A stretch of 63,166 nucleotides of DNA, the filler included, from Licmophora abbreviata (Eukaryota): NCBI GenBank assembly GCA_900291995.1. It is 6 parts of 6 records of this genome, joined end to end, with 100 filler letters (N's around TTAATTAATTAA, not from the genome) between each part and the next. Parts side by side here need not be neighbours in the genome. Positions count along the whole stretch, not along the records: positions 1 to 21,965 come from OLMU01003351.1; positions 22,066 to 37,751 come from OLMU01003353.1; 4 more parts are not named here. One strand, 5' to 3'. The position numbers and the translations under genes are program-made. Of the stretch, positions 9,270-23,351 are shown piece by piece (position 1 is the first letter of the stretch; each line of letters begins with the position of its first letter). The notes beneath the pieces are model-generated. The model ran no database searches and was not told the origin of the DNA. It saw only the letters and a program-made list of their open reading frames with translations.

Positions 9270-12200
9270 ATGACAGAATCCAGCGACAACAAGCAGCAGG
9301 ACGACAAATCGTCATCAGGTCCTCGCGGCAACAACCAGCGCAAAGGTGCTACCAAGAAGAACGCCAAGGCTCTTACATACAACAAGTGGAAGTGCACAAC
9401 TCCAGAACTTGAAGGATACATCTATGACAAGAGTGGATATGGACAGACGGAACAGTTCACTCGGACTACCGATCGAATCGGAGAATACGCAGCGACGACA
9501 TTCAAGCATTCTGGGGATGATGTTAGGAAGGCAATTGAAAACAAGTTGGAACCGATGTTTGTGGAACCAGCTGATCCAGTTGACCCAACTAACCCTCTTG
9601 CTTTCAAACGTTGGTCAGCCGAGTATGACAAATGGAACAAGTCCCAAGAGAACTGGAAAAACAACAATTCCCGACTCTTTAACATCGTTCGAGGTCAGTG
9701 TACGGAAGCAATGAAGCAGGAACTGGACTCTAACTCCAAATACCCAGCGATATCGTCGAGCAGTAATGGAATTGCTCTAATCAATCTTCTACGGGAGATT
9801 ATGTTCGATTTCAAAGAGACAAAGTACCATCCGTTGGCGGTCTACAATGCTGTGTTCAATGTCTACAAGGTTCGCCAACACCGATCCACTCTCAACGAAT
9901 ACTATGATCGGTTCAAGAACCAGATTGAAGTTGCCACCAATGCAGGAGGCAATTTCAGCAAGCATCCTGGCTTGATTGACGTTACCAACCCAGGAGCAGA
10001 CGGCGAAAAGTTTATGGCAATCGCATTTATTCTTGGAGCCAACAAGGAGCGATACCATTCATTATGGGCAGACCTTCGTAACAACTTTGCCCTGGGACAA
10101 GACAAATATCCCAAGACGCTCAACGATGCCTTCAACGCACTTCAGCAATATCGTCCTCAGAGTATCTTGCCAACCACGGAATTGGGCGCCAGCTTCCATA
10201 CAGATGGCATTGACCCCGATGATCCTGATCAAGACATTGCATTGTACCAGAAGGGTGATTTCAAGCCGAAGGGTGATTCCAAGCCGTACAAGCAACAACA
10301 AAAGAACCGCAAGAAAAAGACAACTACTGCGGATGACCCACCTGATAAGAAGGGAACACAGTTGACCCAGGACAGTGATACTCAGCAGGACACACCCACA
10401 GCTGAGGACGGAATTCAGCACCTGATCTCCGCAGCACAGAACACGGATGGGTTCGAAGAGTTTGCATTTGCGCAGCAGGCCAATGTGTGTCATATCGAGA
10501 ATGCAATCGTGGCTGGGAGTCTTCCCAGTGGTTGGATCCTTCTTGACAACCAATCTACGTGTGATGTGTTTAGCAACGGGAAATTGCTCCGCAATATTCG
10601 CCGAAACGTTACTTCGCTTCGTATCAACTGCAATGCGGGATCAGCCTCTACAAATCTGATCGGTGACTTGCCAGGATATGGGACAGTGTGGTATCATCCT
10701 AAAGGCATTGCCAACATCCTCTCACTCGCCAAGGTGAAATCACGATACCGTGTCACCTACGACAGCCAAGACGATAACACATTTGTGGTGCACAAGAAAG
10801 ATGGCACTACCAGAGAATTTGTCGAGTCAGCCAAAGGTTTGTACTATCATGATGCAGCTCTGAACGACAGCGACGCCCACGTATTGGTTACTACTGTAGA
10901 TGGTAACAAGTCTAAGTATACCAACCGCGACTACTCTCAAGCTGTCCTCGCTCGTAAGCTTCAACGCATCATGCAGCGTCCCAGCACCAAGGACTTCCTA
11001 CGGCTGATTGATGAAAACCTGATACCGAACTGCCCGATCACTCGTGCAGATGTCGTCGCGGCAGAACATATTTTCGGGCCTGACGTGGGATCGCTTCGTG
11101 GGAAGACAGTTCGAAGGACACCAGCGACCGTCGCAGCAACCAACATCTCGATCCCACCGGAAATTTTGGCTAGGTACCATGACATTGTGCTCTGCACCGA
11201 TATCATGACAGTGAATCGAAACGTATTTCTGATCACCCGATCTCGAGCAATCAATTTTGCTACTGCCGAAGCTCTGCACAATATGCAGCTTCCGACGCTG
11301 CTCAAAGCGCTACAGCGTGTTATTAACCTATATCGCAGTCGAGGATTCAAGGCCAATATGCTATTGTCAGATGGACAGTTTGAACCACTCCGCGACAGTC
11401 TACGAGACAACCTCGTGCAGCTCAATGCTACTTCTCGTGACGAACATGTTGGCGATATCGAACGGTTCCTTAGAACCGTGAAAGAGCGCACGCGCGCCAC
11501 CTGGAACACTCTCCCCTTCAAACGAATTCCGGCACGTATGACGATCGAGCTGGTATGCTCCGTTATCTTTTGGCTTAATTCCCTCCCAGGACAGTCCGGG
11601 CTCTCCAAAGTCCTCAGCCCACGAGCTATAATGACCGGGCAATCAATTAACTATACGAAACATTGCGTCCTCGAGTATGGTGCATACGTTCAAACACATG
11701 AAGAACATGACAACTCCATGCAATCCCGCACTACGGGTGCTATTGCACTACGTCCTACCGGCAATGAACAAGGTGGTTTCTACTTTATGAGTCTCTCTAC
11801 TGGCCGGCGTATCAATCGCAATCGATGGACAGAACTCCCTATGCCGCAGGATGTCATCGACCGTGTACACCAGCTAGCCCGTCAGCAACAAGCCAACCCT
11901 GGTCTTGTCTTCCTTGATATCAACGGACAGCCCGAGCCTGATCCTGACGACGCTATGGATGATGATAACGACTCTGCCTATGTCCCTGAGCCGGAAGAAA
12001 TGAGCATTGCCGAGGATTCTCTGGAAAACGCCAGCATTGCCAATGATGAACCCGAGCCTGATCTGTACCCACATCATCTCGCAGGAGTGAACGAACCGGC
12101 TGTGGAGGTTGCAGAACCACCAATCCAAATCCCAGGAGTGCATCACGAGAATGAGCCGGCTGTGGAGGATGAAGAACCACCAATCCCAGGAGTGCATCCC

Positions 12201-14311
12201 GAGCATGAGCCAGTCGATGATAACGAACCCGCCGTTGACGGTGAAGAACCACCAATCGCAGGAGTGCATCATGAGAACGAGCCAGTCAATGACAACGAAC
12301 CGGCCGGTGAAGAACTACCACCAGAACCACCAATCGCAGAGCATGTTGAGGAACAAAACCCTGCCGCAAATGATGAAATTGGTGCTGCAGAGCAAGAAGA
12401 GCCTATGAACACAGTCGAGGATGAGATGAATGCAAGATATGGGGAAAGAAGTGGCCAATACGATCTACGGCCCCGCCGGACACGTACCTTTGAACACCTT
12501 TTTGCAATGATCGATGATGAAGACCAACTTATTGACGCTATCATACAGCTCAATCACGATGATAGCGATGCACAGTTCGATTCAAAGCAATATTTCGTCA
12601 ACAAGGGTCTCAAAGTATTTGGCAAATCAGGCGAGGAAGCAGTCGAGAGAGAAATTAAACAACTCCACGACCTCAAAGTAATGGAGCCCGTCGATCCAGA
12701 CACTCTATCCAGGGGACAGAAACAGCAAGCCCTCCGCTACTTGATGTTCCTCAAACGCAAAATGTGCGGTCGAGTGAAAGGTTGCGGCTGTGCTGATGGA
12801 AGCACACAGCGAGGGCATATCAGCAAAGATGAGTCAAGCTCCCCTACAGTAGCCCTCGAATCAGTCATGCTGTCATGTGCCATCGATGCAAAAGAAAATC
12901 GGGACGTTGCCACTGTCGACATACCAGGCGCGTTCATGCAGGCCGACAATGACCAACTGGTGCATATGAAACTCGAAGGCCGAATGGCGGAGCTCCTCAC
13001 CAAAGTTGACCCCGTACTGTACCGAAAATACGTGAAAGTCGAAGGCAGCAAGAAAGTCCTCTATGTTGTTCTGCGGAAAGCTCTATACGGTCAACTCCGT
13101 GCCGCCTTGCTATTTTGGCAGCGACTCAGCGCACAACTCGTAGAATGGGGATTCACGATCAATCCATACGACTGGTGTGTTGCCAACAAAATCATTAATG
13201 GCAAACAGTGCACCATCCTTTGGCACGTGGACGACCTGAAAATCTCTCACATCGACTCCGATGTTGTAAGCATGGTCATATCTGACCTCGAAAGTCAATT
13301 CGGTCTGAACAAGCCGCTCACTGTCACACGAGGCACATGCCATGACTACCTGGGTATGCATCTGAGCTTTAAAATTCCGGGAAAAGTCCAAATCACCATG
13401 AAGGACTATATCAAGAAAATGCTCCACGAAATTGACGACGACCCAACCATGGCAGGCGAGGCACCCACACCAGCAGCCCATCATCTGTTCACCGTTAACG
13501 AAAAAGACCCAAGTTTCCTGTCCGAGCAAGAGGCGACTGATTTTCATCATGTCACCGCCAAACTCCTCTTCCTATGCAAGCGTGCTCGGCCTGACATTCA
13601 AACATCCGTATCCTTCCTTTGCACACGTGTTAAGCGCCCTGATCAAGACGACAAGAAGAAGTTAAACCGAGTTATGAAATATCTCCGAAGTACTCAAGAC
13701 ATGCCGCTTACAACATGCTTAACATCTCTTGGTGGATCGATGCATCATATGCTGTCCATCCCGACATGAAAAGTCATACTGGAGCAGTAATGACTCTGGG
13801 AAGCGGTGCATTCTACGGGACCTCCACTCGCCAGAAACTGAACACACGCAGCTCCACCGAAGCTGAACTCGTCGGTGTGAATGATGCCATGTCTCAAGTA
13901 CTGTGGACCCGATACTTCCTCGAAGCTCAAGGCTATCCTATCAAGTCCAACGTCGTATACCAAGACAACCATAGTGCAATGCTTCTTGAGAAGAACGGGA
14001 AGGGATCCAGTAGCAAGCGTACCCGACACATCGACATCCGGTATTTCTTCGTCACTGATCGTATCAAATCGGGCGAAATTCAAGTTCAATACTGTCCTAC
14101 CCAAGAGATGCTCGCCGACTTCTTCACTAAGCCTCTTCAAGGTTCCCTGTTCATTCAGCTCCGCAATCGGATTATGAATTATGATCCTAAAGCAAATGTC
14201 CATGGCAATCAGGATCACAGGAGTGTGTTGAACATCAATAATGACGTCAGTACCGACGAATCTGAATGGACGGTTGTGAGAAGCCGAAAGCAGAAAAGCA
14301 TGCGATCGTAA
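9270..14311 (+). CDS. Gag-Pol polyprotein, interrupted by a frameshift near 13712 between RT and RNase H
   Basis: Protease WILLDNQSTCDVF; integrase D(DIMTVN)-D(SDGQF)-E(HVGDIER); RT VDIPGAFM, KALYG, HVDDL; RNase H WWIDASYAVH, SSTEAELV, QDNHSA, ADFFTKPLQG in the second frame (13715-14311). Confidence 0.92.
12079..12340 (+). repeat. Degenerate coding tandem repeat in the IN-RT spacer carrying four CAGGAGTG copies
   Basis: Peptide units such as EPAVExEEPPIPGVHHE; CAGGAGTG at 12082, 12133, 12187 and 12259. Confidence 0.85.
14214..14225 (+). promoter_or_regulatory. Plus-strand primer (PPT-position) motif ATCACAGGAGTG
   Basis: Lies immediately before the TG of the 3' LTR; short purine-rich core AGGAG. 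Confidence 0.7.
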
Positions 14312-14439
14312 GATCACCGATCGCTCACTTTAATTTTAATATCTGGTTTGCAAGTGTTATCACCTCTGCAGTCTCCTTCTATCCTTCAGTGTAGTCTGAT
14401 TGACTCATTGGATAGTATCAGAGACTGCTAGATTCAACA
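14226..14439 (+). repeat. 3' LTR (214 bp)
   Basis: Direct repeat of 9013-9226; pol stop codon (14309-14311) lies inside it. Confidence 0.97.
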
Positions 14440-14464
14440 CCATCCCATCCCATCCCATTCCATC
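14440..14464 (+). repeat. (CCATC)n microsatellite at the insertion target
   Basis: CCATC CCATC CCATC CCATT CCATC right of the 3' LTR; ATCCCATC on the left flank. Confidence 0.8.
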
Positions 14465-14898
14465 TTTCGTTCGAGTTGATGTCACGCTATCAATCCAAGC
14501 GTCTGAGTACTCTATTTTTTCAACAATAAATCAAAAGTCACACACAAAATCCATGATAAATACTACACGTACCGCTCGAGAGTACACTGAAAGACCCGGA
14601 GTTCAAGAATTCGTTCCGACCTTCGAAGTTGTTCACAGCCGCGCATGCGCGCTGCGCGATCTCATGTGGTGAGGATCTGTTCTGAGATGTGCTCACAAAT
14701 CAAATCTGACCCTGTCAGTTTTGACGGAGACAGCGATCGCCCACAGGACTACAAGCGTCTGAGCAGCAGTGTAAGCAGCAAGTGCTTTCACAAGCGGTAA
14801 GTCGAGGACGAGAAGTGAGACTGAATCTGTTGAAAGTGGAGACAGGTCGACGCGAGAACTGACCTTGACTGAACACAAATAGATTTCGCGCCTCATAA

Positions 14899-16788
<1,890 letters not shown>

Positions 16789-16836
16789 AACTTTCTCTAC
16801 TTTAGGAAAGAATATCAAATCCGAATGCGACACTCT

Positions 16837-18198
16837 CTAGAAAGTGGAATCGCCATGTACGTAGCGCGGTGCATTGTCACAATCAAGACTTCTATCCCAG
16901 CGAGCTTTCTTGGGAGACAAATTCATCGCACTCTCAGGAGGAAGCATCATACAGCCGCTCTGGAGGTGAGCGGGATTCGCTTTCAAGAGTTCATAAACTG
17001 CGTCCACAGGCGAGTCCTCCTCTTTCAGATTGACTGCTGCGAGCATGAATGGCAGGAGGCTTGTGACAGGGTCGACTTCATTGACCAAATCCCTGCAGAC
17101 TGTGAGCATAGGCTCCACGTGGTTCTTCCAGCTTGTACCACTCTCGGCAGCAAGGTGTATCGGAAGTCTGCCGTCTTTGTTTCGACAGTTGACGCCGTTC
17201 GGATAGTGCTTGGTTAGCAAACTAACAGGGCTTCTCTCACACTCCTTGACAATTTCCTCCATCGACCACTGGATGTCTTCGAATTCCTCATTCGACAGGT
17301 CTTCCCCGAAGAAGTCTCGGTCGATGTATGGACTCAGGTTGTATCGCGTCGTCTGAGTTCGATTGCACGCCGCATAGTGCAACGGCAAATTCTCGGAGCT
17401 GTCTGCCCATCGTGCTTGCTCACCGTGAAGCTTCAAAGCAAACCACAGGGCAATGCTTGGAATGGGATCCTTGGAGAGGATGACAGTCCATACGATACTA
17501 GTTGGACTTTTGACACCCTGCAAAGCAGAAACGAGAAGCAATGTTTTTTCCCAGGTATTCTTCACGTCGTTGTCTAGGTGCGCACCACCCACAAAGTCTC
17601 CCTCGTGGTACTGGGCGAAACATGTTATTGTATCAAGCGACCACCAGAGAGTCACATCTTGCTGCGATGGGACACAGAGCTCTTGCGACCGAGTACTATC
17701 GTACATGACGTACCCAGGATTCTGTCGGAGCCAGACGACATCCAAGGGTGTCAGACCACGCGCATCCTTCTCCAGCGCCATCTGTCGAGACAGCTCTGGT
17801 CTTATGGAGAGCAAGTTTCTGACTGTTTGTACAGATCCCACCTCGCAAGCAAGGTGTAAGGGGGTCGCACCATCCGCATTAGCAGTCTTGGTGGTTAAGT
17901 TTCGTTCATCGAGCTCTACGATTCGAGCCAGTAGATCGACTGGAATCTCAGGACCAAGAATGCTCCCTACTTGTTGTGGAAGCACGCGAGGGACAACGCA
18001 GCAGACCTGCTGAAAGGCATTGCACCCACTGCCGCGACTGTCTTCCGTATGATGACGAAAATAAAATCTGTTTGCTGAGAAATAGTGCATGGAATCACTG
18101 GGCAAACGCTCAGGATGATAATGCCGGTGCTCTTGCCGCTGTTCTTGGGAAGAGACAAGAAAACACCAGTATGGAAAGCACGATGAAGAAGATGCCAT
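16837..18198 (-). CDS. Ankyrin-repeat-like protein
   Basis: Motifs GATPLHLACEVG, GLTPLD, NLPLHYAAC, GRLPIHLAAESG and C-terminal D-P-V-T-x-L-x-P-F-M-L-A-A; the 5' end is uncertain. Confidence 0.75.
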   Translation of the reverse strand: MASSSSCFPYWCFLVSSQEQRQEHRHYHPERLPSDSMHYFSANRFYFRHHTEDSRGSGCNAFQQVCCVVPRVLPQQVGSILGPEIPVDLLARIVELDERNLTTKTANADGATPLHLACEVGSVQTVRNLLSIRPELSRQMALEKDARGLTPLDVVWLRQNPGYVMYDSTRSQELCVPSQQDVTLWWSLDTITCFAQYHEGDFVGGAHLDNDVKNTWEKTLLLVSALQGVKSPTSIVWTVILSKDPIPSIALWFALKLHGEQARWADSSENLPLHYAACNRTQTTRYNLSPYIDRDFFGEDLSNEEFEDIQWSMEEIVKECERSPVSLLTKHYPNGVNCRNKDGRLPIHLAAESGTSWKNHVEPMLTVCRDLVNEVDPVTSLLPFMLAAVNLKEEDSPVDAVYELLKANPAHLQSGCMMLPPESAMNLSPKKARWDRSLDCDNAPRYVHGDSTF

Positions 18199-18631
18199 GA
18201 TGCAGCAGCCAACGATAGCGGGCCTAGAAACCCGCAACTCCAAACAATGATCTACTTTAAGTCACAGATCACAGTCACAGTTCAGAGTTTCACAGGATCT
18301 TCTGCCTCACACGAGCAAAACATATCACAGTGTAGGCACAGGACTCACAAAAAGTGTTGTCGCCCGCTTTTTTGACACGATAATTTGACGTTCGCGCCGC
18401 CGCGCTTTCGGAGTCAGTCGTGGCTGACCTTCAGTCCCACATTGAGCTTTCTATCAGTCACGCGATCGACTACATCGATTCGATTCAGGTACCCGTACGA
18501 CTGTCAAACGTCAGAATTCTGTTTGCGTTGCTCTCCATACTGATTCCTACGTGGCCGAGAGACACAATTTACAATTTCGAAATTCAGAGGATGCCGCTTT
18601 TTCTTCTTCTCGTTTCGAAGCACACACCGCC

Positions 18632-20006
18632 ATGATGATGATCTTCAAACCGAGCCGTTTTCTCCTGTCCAGTGCCGTTTTGGTGGGCCGGAATAACCAA
18701 CGAGCTGCCACTTCGTTTGTGTTGAAAGCGAGCATCAACGGTATCAATGGAAACGCCCGTTCCGCGTCGACTTCGACGAGTCCACCACTTGTGAGTTCGC
18801 CGGTTCGTTGGGGCATTCTGAGCGCGGGCAAAATTTCGTCGGATTTCGCAAAGGCCATCGCCATGACCGAAGGTGCGCAGGCGCAGGCCGTTGCGGCTCG
18901 TTCCGGAGATAAGGCACAAGAGTTCGCCGCCAAACATGAGGTTCAAAAGTCGTACGGGAGCTACGAGGACTTGCTTGCCGACCCGGAGGTGGATGTCGTC
19001 TACGTGGGGAGTGTGGCAGATCAGCACTTCAAGCTTGCCACCATGTCTCTGTTGGCTGGTAAGCCGACTGTCGTAGAGAAGCCCCTCACCCTGACATACA
19101 AGCAGTCGGAAATGTTAGTCAATCTGGCGAAAAAGACTGACACGTTCTTGATGTAAGTTCGTTTAACCTTTGCGGAATTTGCGATATTGTGATGTTGTAT
19201 GTACCAAAACCATGCCGTGGCCAGCAGACTTCTAACGAATCACTGTGCTGCATGTCATGACAACAATGAACAGGGAAGGAATCTGGACGCGTTTCTTTCC
19301 TGCAATGAGAAAGGCGCGTGACCTCATCGCAGAGGGTGCAATTGGACGTCCGATCTGCGTTCAAGGAGACTTTGGCTGGTCGACCGCAGAGTGTGATGGA
19401 AACGACCGAATATGGTATCCCGATTCAGGTGGCTTTACGTACGACATAGGAATGTACCTGGCTCAGATGGGACAATTGGCCTATCCTGAGTACGACGTGG
19501 AAAAGATTCAGGCCATGGGCACTGTTAAGAATGGAGTAGACTTGACGGTGCTTGCCAACTTGCAGTACAGCAACGCCGAGACCGATGACAAGGGTATGCT
19601 GCAGTTTTACGTTACTGGCGATGCCAATACGGACGAGCGATTATGTATCCAAGGCACCCAAGGTCGTATTGTCATGGATCCGCCGGCCCACGTGCCGAGT
19701 GTCATTCGATTGTTCACCGATGAAGGACGCGGGGTATCCAAAGAAACGGTCATGGATTTCCCTCTTCCCGACGACTCGTACACCTCCTGGAACTATCCGC
19801 GCTCGATTGGATTTACGTATCAGGTGCAAGCGGTAGGAGAAGCGCTTCGTGCTGGAAAGAAGGAGGTTGCCGACATGACGCACATGGACTCCCTCCAGCT
19901 CGCTTCGATCGTTGACGAGGTCCGCAGACAAGTGATTGCCACCGGACACGTGAATGACCTCGACACGCGTGACATTGTTCCAACAGAAGAGGCAGTCGTG
20001 GCGTAA
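18632..20006 (+). CDS. GFO/IDH/MocA oxidoreductase (dihydrodiol/D-xylose dehydrogenase-like), 2 exons (intron 19153-19273)
   Basis: VRWGILSAGKIS, DPEVDVVYVG, VEKPLT, FLMEGIWTRFFP restored by splicing, GGFTYDIGMY. Confidence 0.88.
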
Positions 20007-20457
20007 ATACGACAGCGAGCTATGGAGTCGTAGCTACAGGCGGCGTAAGATTTTGTGAGATTTTGATACACAGCATCAACTCGTAGAAGATACCGGATGT
20101 CGACATCATGGCTTGTATCGGTGCTGTCCTTGTACGCGTCAGTTAGCATGACAGTGTGAACAGGTGCCCGGGAGTACAGTCGTCGGCGTCGTGCTCACAC
20201 ATCGAACATCGTAGTTCCGGAAGAAAGCATGGACGCAAGTAGTGTATAGGGATAGTGTTTTCTGGGAATCTATTCCCCAGCCTCACTACGCAACGTACTT
20301 TGACATTCTGTTTACATAATGTCCGATATGAAACTACGGACGCTAAGGATTGGAATGTCGCACGCGCACTGCAACCATGGCACTCACAGCCTCACGGCGT
20401 CCTGAGCATCCACAGTAACCTCATTTCTTATCTTGTGAGAGGACGACATTCACCACC

Positions 20458-21965
20458 ATGGTTCGAATACTCGAAAGGATCAGTAGATTTCTCTGCCTTG
20501 TCGTGCTGTGTCAGATTCCAGCGAAAATGGCCGCGTTTCGAACCACATCGCCGAGCACAAGATTTCGTCCAACGATACACGGCATGAAATCAAGGTCCTG
20601 TCGGACGCCGTTTCCGGGTAGAGCAATGAAAAGAGCCACAAGTGTAACCATACAGCTTTACATGAGCGATAGCTCGTCTGAGCCTTCCGATGATGAAGAA
20701 GAACAGGGTCAAGGAGTGGTGTCTTCGTCCTTCAATCTCATGAAGGCAATCCTAGGTAGTGGAGTGCTGACACTGCCGTATGGAGTAGCGGCAATGAGCA
20801 ATTCTCGACAAACGTACGTAAAGCCGCACCCCTGTGATAACCCTGTCCCCCAATCGAGCTGCAAAGTGACTCATGATGTGAACTTGTACTTCTCATATCG
20901 ACCAACAGCGCGATTCCAGCGAGTCTCTTCATCTTGGCCTTGGGCGGTCTCAGTGCGTACACATTCTACTTGGCTGGACGACTCTGTCATTTAAGCGGTG
21001 CGAAAACCATTGGAGAACTCTGGGATCAAGAAATTGGCAACAAGTCATCCTGGTTGGTATCGTCGTCAATTGTGACCTTTGCTCTAGGCGCATCGCTCTC
21101 CTATTCCATTATGCTCGGCGATACCTTTAGCAGTCTAGCCAAGAGCGTCGGGGTGAAGGTACGTGTCAGCGTCCATTTTCTCGAAACGACGTACTACAGA
21201 CTCTGTCAAACTCACTGCTTGGCTCCTCGTCTCGAAAGGGCTTTCTGGCATCTCGCCACGCTTCCATTCTGGCAATCACCTTGACAGCCTTGTATCCGCT
21301 CTGCACTCTTGGATCCCTCGCGTCCCTGGCGCCCGCCTCTGTAGTGGGCGTCGTTGGTGTAGTCATGACGTGCCTCTTCATGGCAGCACGATGTTTCTTG
21401 CCATCCAGTCCATACGCCCTTCCTAATGGAAACTACTTGGCCACATTGCCGGAACAGTTCGTGCCACTCTTCGGAACGAACAGCAACATGGCCTCACCGT
21501 CTGCCTTGATTTTGGTAGCCATGGCGTGCTGTGCGTTTCAAGCACATTACTCGGCCCCAGACTTTTACCATGCACTCAGAAAGGACGACAAGGTACTGCA
21601 GAAGTTTCGAAACTTGACCATTCTGGGATTTTCGGGAGTGGCTCTCATCAACATGGCGCTCATGACATTTGGGTTTTTGACGTTTGGAGCCAACAGTTCA
21701 GGAATCATACTGAACAACTATTCTACAGCAGATCTAGGAGCCTCCATTTGCCGTCTTCTCATGGGCATCAGTGTCATTGGGGGGTTTCCTTTCGTGATTC
21801 AGGCAGCCAAGTCTGCTTTTTTCAAGCTGATGACTGACATCAAGTGGATGAGCAGCGACGAAACGAAGAAGGTACCAAAAGGGAAGAACCGCCTGGTAAC
21901 TCAGTCCTTTGTCGCGATTGTGACGGGACTAGCGCTGGTGTTGGAAGATGCGGGGTTTGTCGTGA
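20458..21965 (+). CDS. Amino-acid transporter (Aa_trans/AAAP family), probable plastid presequence; truncated by the spacer
   Basis: SSFNLMKAILGSGVLTLPYG, GFLTFG, ILNNYS and several TM helices; introns 20814-20908 and 21159-21238 keep the frame; signal peptide followed by AAF. Confidence 0.85.
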
Positions 21966-22065
21966 NNNNNNNNNNNNNNNNNNNNNNNNNNNNNNNNNNN
22001 NNNNNNNNNTTAATTAATTAANNNNNNNNNNNNNNNNNNNNNNNNNNNNNNNNNNNNNNNNNNNN
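21966..22065. other. Artificial contig spacer (N44-TTAATTAATTAA-N44)
   Basis: Identical 100-nt cassette with a six-frame-stop linker, recurring five times in the window. Confidence 0.97.
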
Positions 22066-22125
22066 TAGGGCGTTTGATCCTACTACATCTAAGACTACCA
22101 GCAGCTATGGGTGTAGTTATCAAGT

Positions 22126-23076
22126 CTACTTGCGAGTCGTCTTCTTCTTGCTACTACTGGCGTCAACTTTTGCTTGCGCACGTTCAAAGGCGTCACCCGC
22201 CAAGGGATCGTCATCTGTCACACCGTAGCGATCCTTGAGGCCTTGGAACATGGTTTCAAAACCAGCTTGCCGCTGCGACAAGGCATGCTTGTTCCGCATC
22301 TTTGCAAGTAGCTCCTCGGCCGCCTCAGACTCCTTTTGCGACTTGGTTTTTTTCTTCGCCTTGGTAGGTTTGGCCTTTTTCGGAGCTGATGATGACGACT
22401 TCTGCTTCTTGGACGGCGGTGGCTTTGCCGCGGCGCCGATATCACTATCCTCCGACTCTGTGGCGTCATCGTCTTCCATGAAGAGTTCATCTTCCTTGTC
22501 GACCTTAGCCATGCACTTTTTCAGTGTCTTGTCGAGAGTCTGCTTATACTCGCTACTGACCTCTCCTCGTTCCATGGCAGGATGAATGTAGTCTTCCACC
22601 CACCGTTTCGTATCCCGCGGCTCGCTCGCCATGACACTCGTTAGCATCTTGAGGAGATTCCCTTGAAACTTTTCACAGTACTTCAGGACATCCTGCTCCT
22701 CCTCCTCCGAACACTTGTACTTGAGAATGAACTGATCAATGTCACTGGTAGTAACTTGCCCAAAGACTTGCTGAAAGTACGACTTCCACATTTTGGAAGA
22801 GTCCGCCGTAGTCGTGTCGTCGTCCTCCACGAGTTCCCCCGTCTCATCGTATTCCGCACGCTTCTCCGCGTCCTTCAGAATACTGTAAGCGACCGAAATG
22901 GCCTGAAACTTGGCCTGCTCTCCCCCCTGCTTGTCGGGATGGTACTGGAGAGCCTTTCGGTAGTAGGCCTTGCGAAGCTGGGCGGCCGTGGCGTCCCTGT
23001 TGGAAACACCCAAGACATCCTCGTACAAATCGGCGCCTTCGCCAAAGGCATCCGCAATGATCGTCGCAGCAGACAT
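22126..23076 (-). CDS. DnaJ/J-domain co-chaperone, DNAJC9-like
   Basis: LYEDVLGV...[17 protein letters not shown]...[13 protein letters not shown]...RAEYDETG, followed by [11 protein letters not shown] and a K/E-rich tail. Confidence 0.88.
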   Translation of the reverse strand: MSAATIIADAFGEGADLYEDVLGVSNRDATAAQLRKAYYRKALQYHPDKQGGEQAKFQAISVAYSILKDAEKRAEYDETGELVEDDDTTTADSSKMWKSYFQQVFGQVTTSDIDQFILKYKCSEEEEQDVLKYCEKFQGNLLKMLTSVMASEPRDTKRWVEDYIHPAMERGEVSSEYKQTLDKTLKKCMAKVDKEDELFMEDDDATESEDSDIGAAAKPPPSKKQKSSSSAPKKAKPTKAKKKTKSQKESEAAEELLAKMRNKHALSQRQAGFETMFQGLKDRYGVTDDDPLAGDAFERAQAKVDASSSKKKTTRK

Positions 23077-23351
23077 GATGATGCCACAGAACAACAACTG
23101 CAAGACTCCAGGAAGGGACGATACAGCAACAGGATAGTCTAGCGGATGATACTGCAATGTGTTTTTGTGTGCGTTTGCGGAAACAAACTCTCGAATCGCG
23201 CTCTGCGTGGAGGTAAAAAATGGCGCGCCCAAAAGCTAGTCGAAGGAGTCATTGAGTGGGCGCGCAACAAAGTCATTTGGAAGTTTCGAAACGCTGCGCC
23301 GACCATGATATATAGACAACACCGCGTTCACTGTCATTTTTGTGTTTCACC

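Larger units (their letters stand above)
9013..14439 (+). mobile_element. Full-length Ty1/Copia LTR retrotransposon (diatom CoDi-like), 5427 bp
   Basis: Two 214-bp TG...CA LTRs; 5-bp TSD CCATC (9008-9012 and 14440-14444); Copia domain order gag-PR-IN-RT-RH. Confidence 0.97.

Noticed and set aside
12079..12340. Repeat-spacer-like pattern considered as a CRISPR-like array
   Set aside because: In-frame coding repeat inside pol with homologous, not unique, spacers; no cas genes; eukaryotic context
13700..13720. Programmed ribosomal frameshift in pol
   Set aside because: No Ty1 CTTAGGC or X XXY YYZ site, and residues appear to be missing; a deletion is more parsimonious
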